DNA of 64,000 bases from a virus. The translations under genes were made by a program, and so were the position numbers. Under the pieces are notes generated by a model, which saw only the letters and a program-made list of their open reading frames with translations, was not told where the DNA came from and searched no databases. This document shows, piece after piece, positions 28,072 through 37,780 of the stretch. Each line of letters begins with the position of its first letter. Within the stretch, counting starts at the first letter, position 1. The DNA lies in the IMG/VR virus record IMGVR_UViG_3300020157_000004, positions 2,279-66,278 of that record; one strand, 5' to 3'.

Positions 28072-31000
28072 TTAACGGACACGGCGAGCGGTGATGGAAC
28101 CGAAGCCGGTCTCGCCAGTGCCCGTGAAAGTGGGTTTGACAACCAGATAGATTGTCTGCGTCCCGCTACTGTTGAAGATTTTTCGCGGGAGCGTGATTGA
28201 GTTCACAGCGGTCAAGGCGGTCGTTTGCAGACCGCTGTAAACCTCCGAGCCATCGGTCGGCGTGGCAACCGATGTGGACAATCCGGCGACACACGCGGTT
28301 TGCGTGGCTGCTGTGAGATTGAGGTTGACGTTGCCTTCGACATCCCAATCGCCTGCCGGAAGGCTGATGCTGGTGACGGCGGTGGCCGTGGCGTTCGTAA
28401 GGGTCACTGCGCTGGCGGAGGCGATGGCCGAGGACACGACTCGCCCGACATAGCTCGCCGCCGCCGCACTTCCGTCGATGACGCCATAGGTGTCGGTCGG
28501 GACGGACGTGATGATCTTCGAGCCGTTCAGCACCATTTGCGTGGCCGCACTGACAGCGCCGATGGGCGTGACTGAGATGGTCATGTCCGCTCCGCCCGCG
28601 CTGCTGGTGAACCCTTCCCGAGCCGTCAACTGAATGAAGCCCGAGTTGTAGTTGTAGCCCGCTGAGCTGTTATATCCAGCCCCGGTGAGCAAGAAAATCT
28701 TGTCCCCGGTCTGGACGGCGGTTTGTGCTCCAGAGGAGCCTCGGGTGCGTTGGAACAGGATTCCGGCGCTGTTTCCCGACGTGTCCGAATACGACTGGTT
28801 TAGTTGAGCAAATGAAGTCGTGGTGCCGTTGAGGATCAGCGGGTATCCGGTCCCGCTGGCGTTCGCCGTGATCGCGGTGACGTTGGTCGCCGCCGTGACG
28901 GTTTCCGAGGTGGACGTGATACCTGCAAATGCCTGCGTTCCGGTGAAGGTCTGCGCCGCGTCGGTGCGCGCAATCGTGGCCGAGGTCGTAGGGAACGTCA
29001 TCGTGGTCGAATCGGTGCCCGTCAGTGACAGGGTTTTGCTTGCCGTAAATGTTTTGCCTGCCGCAATCGTCAGCGTGCCCGTGCCGGTCGTGATCGTGTT
29101 CCCGTTGACCGTCGCCGCCGTGAGCGCGCCGGTAACTCCGAGAGTGGTCCCCACCGTTGCGGCCCCAGCCAGCGTGGCGGTGCCGCCTACATACAGCGTC
29201 GATGAAATTCCTGTGGTCGTGTTAGTGACTCCTGCGAGGGTTGAAACCCCGGCGACACCTAAAGTCCCTGATAAACTCAGGTTCCCACCCAACGTCGTTT
29301 CCAGACTGGACGACCCGTCGATTGTCACCGGAGTCGTAATGATCGAGCCGAACTGGTTTGGATAGAGTTGCAGGCCGGTCGAAGCCACCGCCTGAATTCC
29401 CACCGCTCCGACAGCCGTAGAATGTCCAGCAGTGATCGAGTTTCCGGTGATGAGATTACTGGACGAGTTTTGCAGATACACCGTCGGAGCCGTAGTCTGG
29501 CCGCTCCAGCCGTTGTCGATCAGCGTGTTTCCAACGACTGAGTTATATCTTCCAGAATTCGGATATGACGCATCCGACATCAACCAGATGGACGAGTTGT
29601 AGTTTTGGTCAAACCGGTTTCCACTCACCAGATTCAACTGGCCGTTCCAGATGTTTACCGACTCGCTGTGACCGGGAGCGAGATACCATCCGGGACTTCC
29701 CGTCGTGGTGATATCAACCCCGGTGCCTTGCATCGCGCCCGGCGAATTGCCGCTCGTCTGGTCCATCCGGGTGCCCAGCTTGAACGTGTCGGCACTGACC
29801 CAAATGACGTAATAGAGCGTGTCCTTAACTAGCGGAGCCGGGAGCGTGCCCGACCCGGTGAACGCCCAGACCGGCTGAAGGTTATAGAGACCGTGATTGG
29901 CAATGGTGAACAGGTCGGTCGCCGCTACGACTGTGCCGGTGATCGCCGCATTGGTCGCCGACGTGTTGTAGATGAAATTGTTCTGGATTAACCCGCCATT
30001 GCCATACCAGAACAGGTTGAGCGGCGTGCCACCGTAATCGCACTCGGTGATCTGCGAGTCCGACTGGCCATTGGCCACGATGCCGTATTTTGCGTAATGG
30101 CTCTTGAGGCGGTGGAACTTGCCGAAGTTCGAGAACACCGTGTAGGCCATCGGCCCGGTCGAATCGAGCGTGAGGTCGGAGAGGTCCACCGCGTTGGCAT
30201 AGGCCACATATACAGGTGCGCCACCGGGCGAGGCGTAAGTATTGAGCGTCAGATTCTTGACGCCCGCCGCCATATACCAGTTGGTGTAGCTGCTGCCGTC
30301 ATTGTAGGAGCTGTTGATGAGAGTCGGAGTCGTGCCCGACAGCTTGCCGTTGATCTCGATCAGGTTGTTGGTCGTGCCCGCAATGGAGACGATGGACGAG
30401 CCGCTGCCCGAGATTCCGCTGCCATATGCCGGAACACCTGAGCCGCCATTGAACGTCACCCCGTATTTGCCTTGAATCGTTCCCGACAAGTAGGTTCCCG
30501 GAGGGAAGAATACCTCGCCACCACCCTTTGATGATACATAGTCTACCGCCGCCTGAATGGCCGTGGTTGAGTCCACCATGTCGGTCTGAATGCTGCTCGC
30601 CAGCGACGCCGCATAGCCCGCCGTGGAGAACGGAACTGCTGCCTGCCCGGCTGATAGAACCGATGTCCAGTAACGGCTGTCCGTGATCGGTCGGGTGAAG
30701 ATTTGCGCGGATGAGGTCAGGCCGAGTTGCAAGTCAACCGCCGAGCCGTAGCCGATGGCGTCCGTCCATGCGGTCGGATTGGTGTCGGAGGCGGCGGTTT
30801 GGACCGACCCGTTGAGATAGACAACGCGGTTGGTTCCCGACCGCGTGAACACCATGCTGTAAGAGGTGCCCGTGGTGAGGCTGACCGCGTAGAGTGCCAA
30901 GCCCGCTCCCGGCTGACCACCCGAGGTGGAACTGCCCCCGGTTGTGCTCCGTAAGAGGGTGCTGATGTAGGTCTGCCCGCCGCCACGATACAGATAGATT

Positions 31001-31506
31001 TCGAGGTTGCGGTTGCCGCCCGTGGCCGGATGGAGCTTGAAGATGCCCTGCGAGCTCAGAACCGTCATGTCGGGCGCGATGAACTGCGCGGCGAGCGAGA
31101 ATGTTCCCGAGCCGGGGTTGATCGGCTGGTTGGTCGTGCTGTTCTCGTAGGGGTATCCGGTCCATGAACCAGAATAAGCGGTCGCACCGAACATTTGTGG
31201 AGTCACCGGCTGTGATGCTAACGGAGGTGTAACCTGCGTCCACGCAAACCGGCTCGCCGGACTGGCAATCAGCGTGGTTGTATTAGTGCCAGTCCAACTC
31301 GCGCCCATGTTCGTGATCGAGTAGTTGGCGTTCACGGACTGAACGAAAACTGTGAGGGTGTAGGAACCGTTCGTGCTCAACGCCCCGTAGCTCCTTGGGT
31401 CCATTGCAGCCAGCGTAGCCAGGGAGGTGGTTGAGCGGGAAGTGTTGATCTCAGTCGTAGCCAACAACGTGGACATGAAAAGAAGAGAGGCTAAGAAGTG
31501 TTTCAT
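28072..31506 (-). CDS. Tail spike / receptor-binding protein with LamG-like and right-handed beta-helix domains; N-terminal signal-peptide-like segment
   Basis: 1144 aa; DSTTAIQAAVD...GGGEVFFPPGTY (pectate-lyase-3 start), N-x-I/V-x-G-N beta-helix repeats, VVYLNG...ITDSRYW (LamG-like), C-terminal SISLPAGDWDV...SITARRVR. Confidence 0.8.
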   Translation of the reverse strand: MKHFLASLLFMSTLLATTEINTSRSTTSLATLAAMDPRSYGALSTNGSYTLTVFVQSVNANYSITNMGASWTGTNTTTLIASPASRFAWTQVTPPLASQPVTPQMFGATAYSGSWTGYPYENSTTNQPINPGSGTFSLAAQFIAPDMTVLSSQGIFKLHPATGGNRNLEIYLYRGGGQTYISTLLRSTTGGSSTSGGQPGAGLALYAVSLTTGTSYSMVFTRSGTNRVVYLNGSVQTAASDTNPTAWTDAIGYGSAVDLQLGLTSSAQIFTRPITDSRYWTSVLSAGQAAVPFSTAGYAASLASSIQTDMVDSTTAIQAAVDYVSSKGGGEVFFPPGTYLSGTIQGKYGVTFNGGSGVPAYGSGISGSGSSIVSIAGTTNNLIEINGKLSGTTPTLINSSYNDGSSYTNWYMAAGVKNLTLNTYASPGGAPVYVAYANAVDLSDLTLDSTGPMAYTVFSNFGKFHRLKSHYAKYGIVANGQSDSQITECDYGGTPLNLFWYGNGGLIQNNFIYNTSATNAAITGTVVAATDLFTIANHGLYNLQPVWAFTGSGTLPAPLVKDTLYYVIWVSADTFKLGTRMDQTSGNSPGAMQGTGVDITTTGSPGWYLAPGHSESVNIWNGQLNLVSGNRFDQNYNSSIWLMSDASYPNSGRYNSVVGNTLIDNGWSGQTTAPTVYLQNSSSNLITGNSITAGHSTAVGAVGIQAVASTGLQLYPNQFGSIITTPVTIDGSSSLETTLGGNLSLSGTLGVAGVSTLAGVTNTTTGISSTLYVGGTATLAGAATVGTTLGVTGALTAATVNGNTITTGTGTLTIAAGKTFTASKTLSLTGTDSTTMTFPTTSATIARTDAAQTFTGTQAFAGITSTSETVTAATNVTAITANASGTGYPLILNGTTTSFAQLNQSYSDTSGNSAGILFQRTRGSSGAQTAVQTGDKIFLLTGAGYNSSAGYNYNSGFIQLTAREGFTSSAGGADMTISVTPIGAVSAATQMVLNGSKIITSVPTDTYGVIDGSAAAASYVGRVVSSAIASASAVTLTNATATAVTSISLPAGDWDVEGNVNLNLTAATQTACVAGLSTSVATPTDGSEVYSGLQTTALTAVNSITLPRKIFNSSGTQTIYLVVKPTFTGTGETGFGSITARRVR

Positions 31507-32079
31507 TTAGAATGTAGAGGTCAGGATGAAGCGTCCAGTGGACGGATTCGGGTCTGCAACAACTGTTACGCCATTTACAGCAGCAGTTGAACCGCGAGTC
31601 CAACGCCATAGTTGGCCAGCATTTCCAACATTCTCATTAAAGCACAAATAGTCTGCATAGGCGGGCACAGGTGTAAAGTCCTGCATATTGGAGAATGACC
31701 CAATATAGATCACGGCGTCAGCCGTGGCAGTTTCAAGTGCAGTAACGCGCGCAGTTAGTGCGGCAATCGTTTGGGACAAGTCATAGGCGTAAGGAGCGTT
31801 ATCGTAGTCGGTTATCGAAACAATTTTCCCGCCGCGAACCCATATTCGAGCGAGGTATATTGTGTTGGAGTCACCATACGAATGGATTAGAGCGGCTCCG
31901 GTTGGAACCAGCCCAACATACGTTACAGCAACGTAGTAATCGCTGTTTTCTTCATTCGCATGGACAGTTCCACCGTTGTAGGTAAGAACTCCGGCATGGC
32001 TAACTATGCTGAATGGGTGTATTTCAACCGTCCTGGTCCCGGACACAACATTGACTCGTGACGTTACATCCTGGGACAT
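31507..32079 (-). CDS. Tail-associated protein
   Basis: 190 aa; C-terminal GNAGQLWRW..STAAVNGVTVV...GRF resembles tail-spike attachment domains. Confidence 0.55.
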   Translation of the reverse strand: MSQDVTSRVNVVSGTRTVEIHPFSIVSHAGVLTYNGGTVHANEENSDYYVAVTYVGLVPTGAALIHSYGDSNTIYLARIWVRGGKIVSITDYDNAPYAYDLSQTIAALTARVTALETATADAVIYIGSFSNMQDFTPVPAYADYLCFNENVGNAGQLWRWTRGSTAAVNGVTVVADPNPSTGRFILTSTF

Positions 32080-32135
32080 GGGAAATATGGACGGCTGTTT
32101 ACTAGATAAAAGAACCCGGAATCACTGTCTGAATG

Positions 32136-32768
32136 TTACTTGAGCACCTGAATCCGGAAAGTCTGCGATCCCGCATTAACCGGACTGGCTGTAATGTTCA
32201 TGGCTCGAACAACCACATTGTTGGACGACAGCACGAAGGCTTGGTAAACCAAGCCCGCCGTCGGCGCTGCTGGCAGTCCTAGGATGACGAAGTCGTTGGT
32301 GAGCGCTCCAGTTACAGTGTTTGTCAGGTCGGCAGATGAAACTGCGTTAATGCTCGGGAAGTCGAGATCAAAGCTCCCGTTCAAAGGCGTTGCTCTACAC
32401 GCTTGAGCACTCTTGTAAAGCGGCTTATCCGCCACGATTTTACTCGCCGAAGTCATGTAGTAATCGAGGTAGAACAGCGAGGAGTTGGTCATCGCTGTAA
32501 CCTTCTCAAGAGTGAAGGCTGAAGTGGCCCGATTGATCGCCAGAACACCATTGGTTGAGGCGGCAAGGGTTGTGATCCCGCCACCATATTCATACAGCGT
32601 TCCGTCAGGGCTGGGCGAGGAGAACGGAAGCACCTGAACCTTCAGCCCGCCCGCAATAGGGTAGGAAAGACGCGGGAACGGGTCTTCCTGTGCGGAGATT
32701 TTGGTGAATGCAAGCAACGCGGTTGCCGCAGCGAGGATCGTTAAACGAATGAGTCGGTTTGATTTCAT
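32136..32768 (-). CDS. Secreted-type beta-rich protein with signal peptide
   Basis: MKSNRLIRLTILAAATALLAFTKISA/QE; C-terminal beta-sandwich-like segment. Confidence 0.65.
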   Translation of the reverse strand: MKSNRLIRLTILAAATALLAFTKISAQEDPFPRLSYPIAGGLKVQVLPFSSPSPDGTLYEYGGGITTLAASTNGVLAINRATSAFTLEKVTAMTNSSLFYLDYYMTSASKIVADKPLYKSAQACRATPLNGSFDLDFPSINAVSSADLTNTVTGALTNDFVILGLPAAPTAGLVYQAFVLSSNNVVVRAMNITASPVNAGSQTFRIQVLK

Positions 32769-32797
32769 GGACTTTTTGTGGTGCGATGTGGATTTGT

Positions 32798-33058
32798 TTA
32801 TTCTGCGCTGGAATCAGAGGGCTTGGCCTTGAACATGGATTTCATGCCTGGAGGCAGTGCGGCGGGCTTCTCGGCTTTCTCCTGCTCTGCGCTTTCGCTG
32901 CTCTCATCCTCCATTCGGCAATCGGTCACATTGATGCTTTTGGTCCCGTCCTCGGACACAACAACTTTGCCAGTGATCTCAAGCGTCACCTCCTGCCCCT
33001 CATCCATGTCGGATACGGCTTCGGTTACGGATTGATTTGGCGTTTTAGTTGCATCCAT
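32798..33058 (-). CDS. Acidic hypothetical protein
   Basis: 86 aa ATG ORF at the head of the leftward operon. Confidence 0.6.
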   Translation of the reverse strand: MDATKTPNQSVTEAVSDMDEGQEVTLEITGKVVVSEDGTKSINVTDCRMEDESSESAEQEKAEKPAALPPGMKSMFKAKPSDSSAE

Positions 33059-33127
33059 AAATAGATTCCATTTGCGTGTTGCAGTCGTAAAGATACAAAG
33101 GAAATTACAGCAATCGCAAGATATTAA

Positions 33128-34696
33128 ATGCCAACCAACGAATCCGGACTATGGGAGCCAAATCTGTCTCCCAAGCAGCTTGAGGTGTTCCGATGCACTG
33201 ACAGATATGTTTTGGTGACTGGGCCTCGACTTACAGGCAAGACGGTTCCAACCATGCACCGGATCATCCAGCACGCATGGACTACCCCTGATGCCCGTAT
33301 TGGTATGTTCACCAAGACGATCAAGGCGGGGAAAGGTGGCGTGTGGGCAGATTTGACCGGGTTCGCCATGAAGGAGTGGATGGAGGCCGGACTTGAAACA
33401 CAGGACGGAAAGGAATTTGGATACACCAGAAACAAGTCTGACTCCAAGAACTCGGTGGCCGGTCCACGGATTGATGGAGCCACCCGGATGCACTACCTGA
33501 CCATGCGGAACTACTGGGGTGGTGAATCAAGGATCGAGCTGCATTCACTGGACTTTGACGATGACATTGCCGAGAAGCTTTTAAACACCCGCTTCAGCAT
33601 GATATACTTTGCTGAGCTTCAGAACTTCCAAAGCCGAAGCGTTTTTGATCTGAGCATCCAGCAGCTCCGAAACTACGGTCTTCCCTATGATTGCCACCAG
33701 TGGATCAGCGACACCAATCCACCTGAACAAGGCGTTGACCACTTCGCATACGACATCTGGTTTCGTGAACGGATAATGGAATCGTTTCCGGAATACTGCC
33801 GAACCGACAACGATCGTGAGCGTTTCCGCCGAAGACAGCGCGGCCTGAAACTTTTTGAGTTCGACTTTGATGACAACCCGTTTGTCGATCCACAGCAGAT
33901 CGCAGACCTGAAGGCCACTTACTACGGGAAGGTGGATGAGTATGATCGGTTCGTGCTTGGTAAATGGACTAAGACAGGGCGTTCAGGAAGGTGGTTCCCT
34001 ATGTTCTCCAACCAACACGTAATTGGAAACTGTGAAGGAATTGAACAGGCGGAATGGGAATACCTCAACCCGTCGAAGAAATGCACAACCCTGTATTGCG
34101 GATTCGACACAGGCCAAGTGAACCACGCCGCTGTGATTATGCAGAAGCGGATCGGAAGCGACGGGGAGGTAAACTGGGACATTCTTGACGAGCTGGTAAG
34201 CCTGAAGGAGGACATGCTCCTTTCCGATTTCGCCGAGATATTTGCATCCAAGATGGACGCCATTGAGGCGTTGATCGGAAAGAAGGTTCGCTGGATTAGC
34301 TGGGCCGATTCCTCTCTTGATGCTTTCCGGTCATCATCTCCACAGACTGAGGCTTCTATCGTTGAGAGCTTTGCCGGTGGCCGACTTAGCCTTCAATTCG
34401 CTTTTGAGGCCAAGCTTCCCAACTCAATGCGTAAGCGTCTTCAGTTGGTTGCCGACATGGTGGCCCGTAACCGAATCCATGTTTCCGCCCAATGCACTTA
34501 CGCTATCCAGATGTTCCGGGAATTGTGTCGTCCTAATAACAGGAACAGCAATCTGCTGATCCCGAAAGGGGATGAGAACAAGCACGTCTGGGACGCGATC
34601 AGCTACGTTATCTACTCCGAGATGGCGGAGGAATACAGTGGGGGAAATGAACCCAGTGAGGGTCGAAGAGCCTCAATTGTGGACGTGCAGATTTAG
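33128..34696 (+). CDS. terL: Terminase large subunit
   Basis: PKQ adenine motif, Walker A GPRLTGKT, variant Walker B IYFAE, DTNP coupling motif, DNPF, nuclease GFDTG and HVWDAISY. Confidence 0.85.
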   Translation: MPTNESGLWEPNLSPKQLEVFRCTDRYVLVTGPRLTGKTVPTMHRIIQHAWTTPDARIGMFTKTIKAGKGGVWADLTGFAMKEWMEAGLETQDGKEFGYTRNKSDSKNSVAGPRIDGATRMHYLTMRNYWGGESRIELHSLDFDDDIAEKLLNTRFSMIYFAELQNFQSRSVFDLSIQQLRNYGLPYDCHQWISDTNPPEQGVDHFAYDIWFRERIMESFPEYCRTDNDRERFRRRQRGLKLFEFDFDDNPFVDPQQIADLKATYYGKVDEYDRFVLGKWTKTGRSGRWFPMFSNQHVIGNCEGIEQAEWEYLNPSKKCTTLYCGFDTGQVNHAAVIMQKRIGSDGEVNWDILDELVSLKEDMLLSDFAEIFASKMDAIEALIGKKVRWISWADSSLDAFRSSSPQTEASIVESFAGGRLSLQFAFEAKLPNSMRKRLQLVADMVARNRIHVSAQCTYAIQMFRELCRPNNRNSNLLIPKGDENKHVWDAISYVIYSEMAEEYSGGNEPSEGRRASIVDVQI

Positions 34697-35031
34697 CTTG
34701 AGCCGTCTTTCATGGCTTTCGTTCCAGCGGCAAGCAGGCGATCGAACATCTCCTTGTATGCGGGCGTGTAGCTCCAATGACTCCTGCGCTTGTGCTTCAG
34801 GAACCTGACCGCAGCTCGTGGATGGATCAAGTCAACCCCGCAGGCTTCAGAGAATCTGAAGGCTACTCCAACCTTAACCCCTTTCCACGTTGCCAGCTTT
34901 GAAAGCCGATCAACCATGCGGATGGTTAATCCAGCCTTCGATGCTATCTCCTCCCGAGTCATTGGCCGCTTGCGAACATGCGCGAAGGCTCGGCAAAGGA
35001 ATGGTGGGAACCGGTCGATCGGAGTTTTCAT
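34693..35031 (-). CDS. HTH DNA-binding protein
   Basis: MTREEIASKAGLTIRMVDRL helix-turn-helix pattern. Confidence 0.6.
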   Translation of the reverse strand: MKTPIDRFPPFLCRAFAHVRKRPMTREEIASKAGLTIRMVDRLSKLATWKGVKVGVAFRFSEACGVDLIHPRAAVRFLKHKRRSHWSYTPAYKEMFDRLLAAGTKAMKDGSS

Positions 35032-35540
35032 GGATTATGGCCGCTTACGCGATGAAGCGCCGACGAAATCTCATGAACGGTTGGGGTTTTCCCAGGCAGA
35101 ATTACAGGGTTTCCCGAAGCCATAGAGACTGAAAGCGGGTTGAGGGTTGGAACGAATGAGTTCGCTCTCGACGTAACCTTCTTGGCTCCTCCCATTCCTC
35201 TGACATGCTCAATGATTACACTGCCGAGGGATACCAATTGATCGGAAAGCAGCTTGCGGTGCTCGTCATACTTGATGAGAACTTCCGGCTTTACGTGACA
35301 CCCGTTATCGGTGATCTCCTTCATCCACTTGCTCCACTCCTCGTTTCGGGCTGAGATCAACTCGAACTCGCGAAACCATTTCACAACAATCAACTCCACA
35401 ATCCCCTGCTCTGCAAGGTGGCCTACCAAGTCCTTGGCGTCTGTGGCTTGCTCACCCCTTATATCCAAGCCAAGCTTTTTGGCAACCTCGTCAAACGCTT
35501 TGTTGGTTACGACTTCCACATTTAATGCGGCGTTACTCAT
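35028..35540 (-). CDS. Hypothetical protein (possible terminase small subunit)
   Basis: 170 aa helical protein near terL; function assigned on position only. Confidence 0.4.
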   Translation of the reverse strand: MSNAALNVEVVTNKAFDEVAKKLGLDIRGEQATDAKDLVGHLAEQGIVELIVVKWFREFELISARNEEWSKWMKEITDNGCHVKPEVLIKYDEHRKLLSDQLVSLGSVIIEHVRGMGGAKKVTSRANSFVPTLNPLSVSMASGNPVILPGKTPTVHEISSALHRVSGHNP

Positions 35541-35956
35541 TGAAGTTCCTTTGGCCAGCCTGAATGACCGTTCGTTTTTTCATTCAACCAACACGTCGCC
35601 TCCGGAATTGGAACTTTTGCTGGCATGTAGCAACCGCAACCCGACGGTTCATGGATTCCAAACACGTAGGTTACGGCCCCAAATTGTCCGCAGGTTTTTC
35701 GTGCTGAATCGTAGAACGGGCACCTTTTGGCGCAGTGGCGAATCCGGGCAATGCCAAGCTTCGTTGACCGGCGCTTGGTCGCCAGCAACCTAAAGGTTGA
35801 CAGGGCTGCCCGACACAAAACCAAAAAGCAATTTTCGGTTCCGTAACTGCACTTCGTTATCGCCCCAAGAAACATTGCCCACGATACCATAAATGTCCTC
35901 AGAATCAGCTTTCTGATCCTGAGCCTAACGCGGCTCATCGTCTTGCTTGTGTTCAT
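35537..35956 (-). CDS. Cys-rich zinc-binding protein (DUF6171-like)
   Basis: RIRHCAKRCP...CG...CGCYMPAK...C pattern; start uncertain. Confidence 0.55.
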   Translation of the reverse strand: MNTSKTMSRVRLRIRKLILRTFMVSWAMFLGAITKCSYGTENCFLVLCRAALSTFRLLATKRRSTKLGIARIRHCAKRCPFYDSARKTCGQFGAVTYVFGIHEPSGCGCYMPAKVPIPEATCWLNEKTNGHSGWPKELQ

Positions 35957-36131
35957 TTCTGGGCCGTTTGTAGCTTGAGAACTCACCAAAGACAAGGACT
36001 CATGCGATCCGAAATGCGCCACCGACATGATACGAAACGGGGATTGAATTCCCCTTGTTATCAATCGTTTATGCCAATGTTAAATACTTTTATTTGCTTC
36101 CGATCAACGATTGGTGCTACTTCTTAAAACC

Positions 36132-37322
36132 ATGAATGAAACATTATTGCCGCCAGTAGAGACCGATTTTGCCCACAAGATACCCGTCCTTCTGCGAGGA
36201 AGGGAAAGTTTTGTGAAAGTTACCGACAGTCGAAAGAGGCCGATCAGGGGTCTTTGGATTCGATCCGACCGTTACTACGCTCAAATGAGCTTGATGGACT
36301 ATACGACCGGAACAAAAAGGGTCCGAAAGGTTCCACTGATGGGGGTCAATACTGTCTCCCAAGCCGTAGTCGCAATGAATCAAATGATTGCGGAACGGCG
36401 TGATGGCAAGCTGGTGGTCTCAAAGGTGCAGCCAACATTCCGGGTGGCTGCCGACCACTACCTTGCTCATGAGCGGTCGATGCACGACGGCAAAAGGGTG
36501 AGCACTCTTCGCGGTGAAGCCAAGTGTCTCAGGTCGTTGGCCAAGTCATTCTCGTCAGAGACAATGGACAAAATCAAACCGCTGGATGTTCGCTCCCACA
36601 TATCCAGACGGCAGAGGATTGATCGGGTCTGTGGCCGGACGGTGAACCACGAGCTAGTGGTATTGGCCAACTTGGTGAAACACTGCCGAATCGAATTTGG
36701 TATGACCAACAACCCGTTGGATGGAGTGGTTGCGCTACCCTACAAATCCGATCGCAGACCCCTTCCAACCACCCTGGAGATACAGACCCTCTGTGACTAC
36801 GCAGTTGCCAACATGATGAATGGTCAGCTTCTTTCCGACTTCGTCCGATTCCTGGCCTCCACCGGCGCAAGACGATCGGAGGCGTTGGTTGTAGCTTGGT
36901 CTGACGTGGACACGGCCATGCGGCGGGTTTGCATCGGTGGATACAGGAAGTCAAAGAACGGACTGGAACGATACGTTGATTTTAATCCAGCCCTTGAATC
37001 ACTGATGGCAGAAATGAAGGCCCGCAAAGACCCGGACTCGCTTTGGCTTTTCCCCACACCAAGGGGAGGGGACATCCCGTCAAGCGGAATGGAAGCAAGC
37101 TTTGCCATTGCCCGCAAAGCCACCAAGCCGGAGCGCATCGTCGGCTGGCATTCAATGCGCCATTATTTCGCCAGCCAGTGCGTCATGGCGGGGATTGATT
37201 TCATGACCATCGCCGCATGGCTTGGCCACCGGGACGGAGGGATTCTTCTCGGCAAAGTTTACGGACACCTGAACGACTCCCACCGTCAGAGCATGGCGGC
37301 GAAGCTGCTTCTTGCCGCATGA
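36132..37322 (+). CDS. int: Tyrosine recombinase / phage integrase
   Basis: STGARRSE (R), KSKN (K), HSMRH (HxxR), LGH, VYGH (Y). Lacks the IntI-specific insertion before patch III. Confidence 0.9.
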   Translation: MNETLLPPVETDFAHKIPVLLRGRESFVKVTDSRKRPIRGLWIRSDRYYAQMSLMDYTTGTKRVRKVPLMGVNTVSQAVVAMNQMIAERRDGKLVVSKVQPTFRVAADHYLAHERSMHDGKRVSTLRGEAKCLRSLAKSFSSETMDKIKPLDVRSHISRRQRIDRVCGRTVNHELVVLANLVKHCRIEFGMTNNPLDGVVALPYKSDRRPLPTTLEIQTLCDYAVANMMNGQLLSDFVRFLASTGARRSEALVVAWSDVDTAMRRVCIGGYRKSKNGLERYVDFNPALESLMAEMKARKDPDSLWLFPTPRGGDIPSSGMEASFAIARKATKPERIVGWHSMRHYFASQCVMAGIDFMTIAAWLGHRDGGILLGKVYGHLNDSHRQSMAAKLLLAA

Positions 37323-37404
37323 TTGGGTTAAATCTGTTTAACAAAGTAAACAATTTGTTCTGGACAGTCATGTTTATGGCTGTATTCTGACAACCACAAC
37401 ATCA

Positions 37405-37611
37405 ATGTCACCCAAGAAAACCACCACCACTGCTCAGAAGAAAAAAACCTTTTGGGGTCTGAAGCCTGAACCGTCCGTTGAAAGATTGGTTCAGAAGGAG
37501 ATCACATCACGGCGTCTTCGGACGGACAGCGGGGAGGCTTGCAGGGGTGCCATCAAGATCGTTCTGGAGGACTGCATAGTGGGACACCTCGGAAGAAAGG
37601 CGAAACGATGA
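37405..37611 (+). CDS. Small basic protein (possible regulator/excisionase)
   Basis: 68 aa, K/R-rich, after an AT-rich spacer containing TGGACA-N16-TATTCT. Confidence 0.45.
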   Translation: MSPKKTTTTAQKKKTFWGLKPEPSVERLVQKEITSRRLRTDSGEACRGAIKIVLEDCIVGHLGRKAKR

Positions 37612-37780
37612 AGTCTTATGGAATCGCTCGGATATTTTTTCTCACACCATAATGAATGGCTAGCCGTGGGGTCATCAGGGATAGATGCGAGTGGAGTTGT
37701 GAGACGCGGTTGGTTTATACAGGTAGTCCACAATCATTCCGACCACGGCAATAAATTGTAACGGCAAACAAAATAACACC

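Noticed and set aside
28072-31506. Diversity-generating retroelement target at the tail-spike C-terminus
   Set aside because: No reverse transcriptase and no template repeat differing at adenines were found.
36132-37322. Integrase as an integron integrase (IntI) serving the attC-like sites
   Set aside because: Only a short segment separates the KN-R motif from WLFP; the IntI-specific insertion is absent.
37616-37760. tRNA gene near the integrase
   Set aside because: No GTTCRA T-loop or cloverleaf; no tRNA recognised anywhere in the window.
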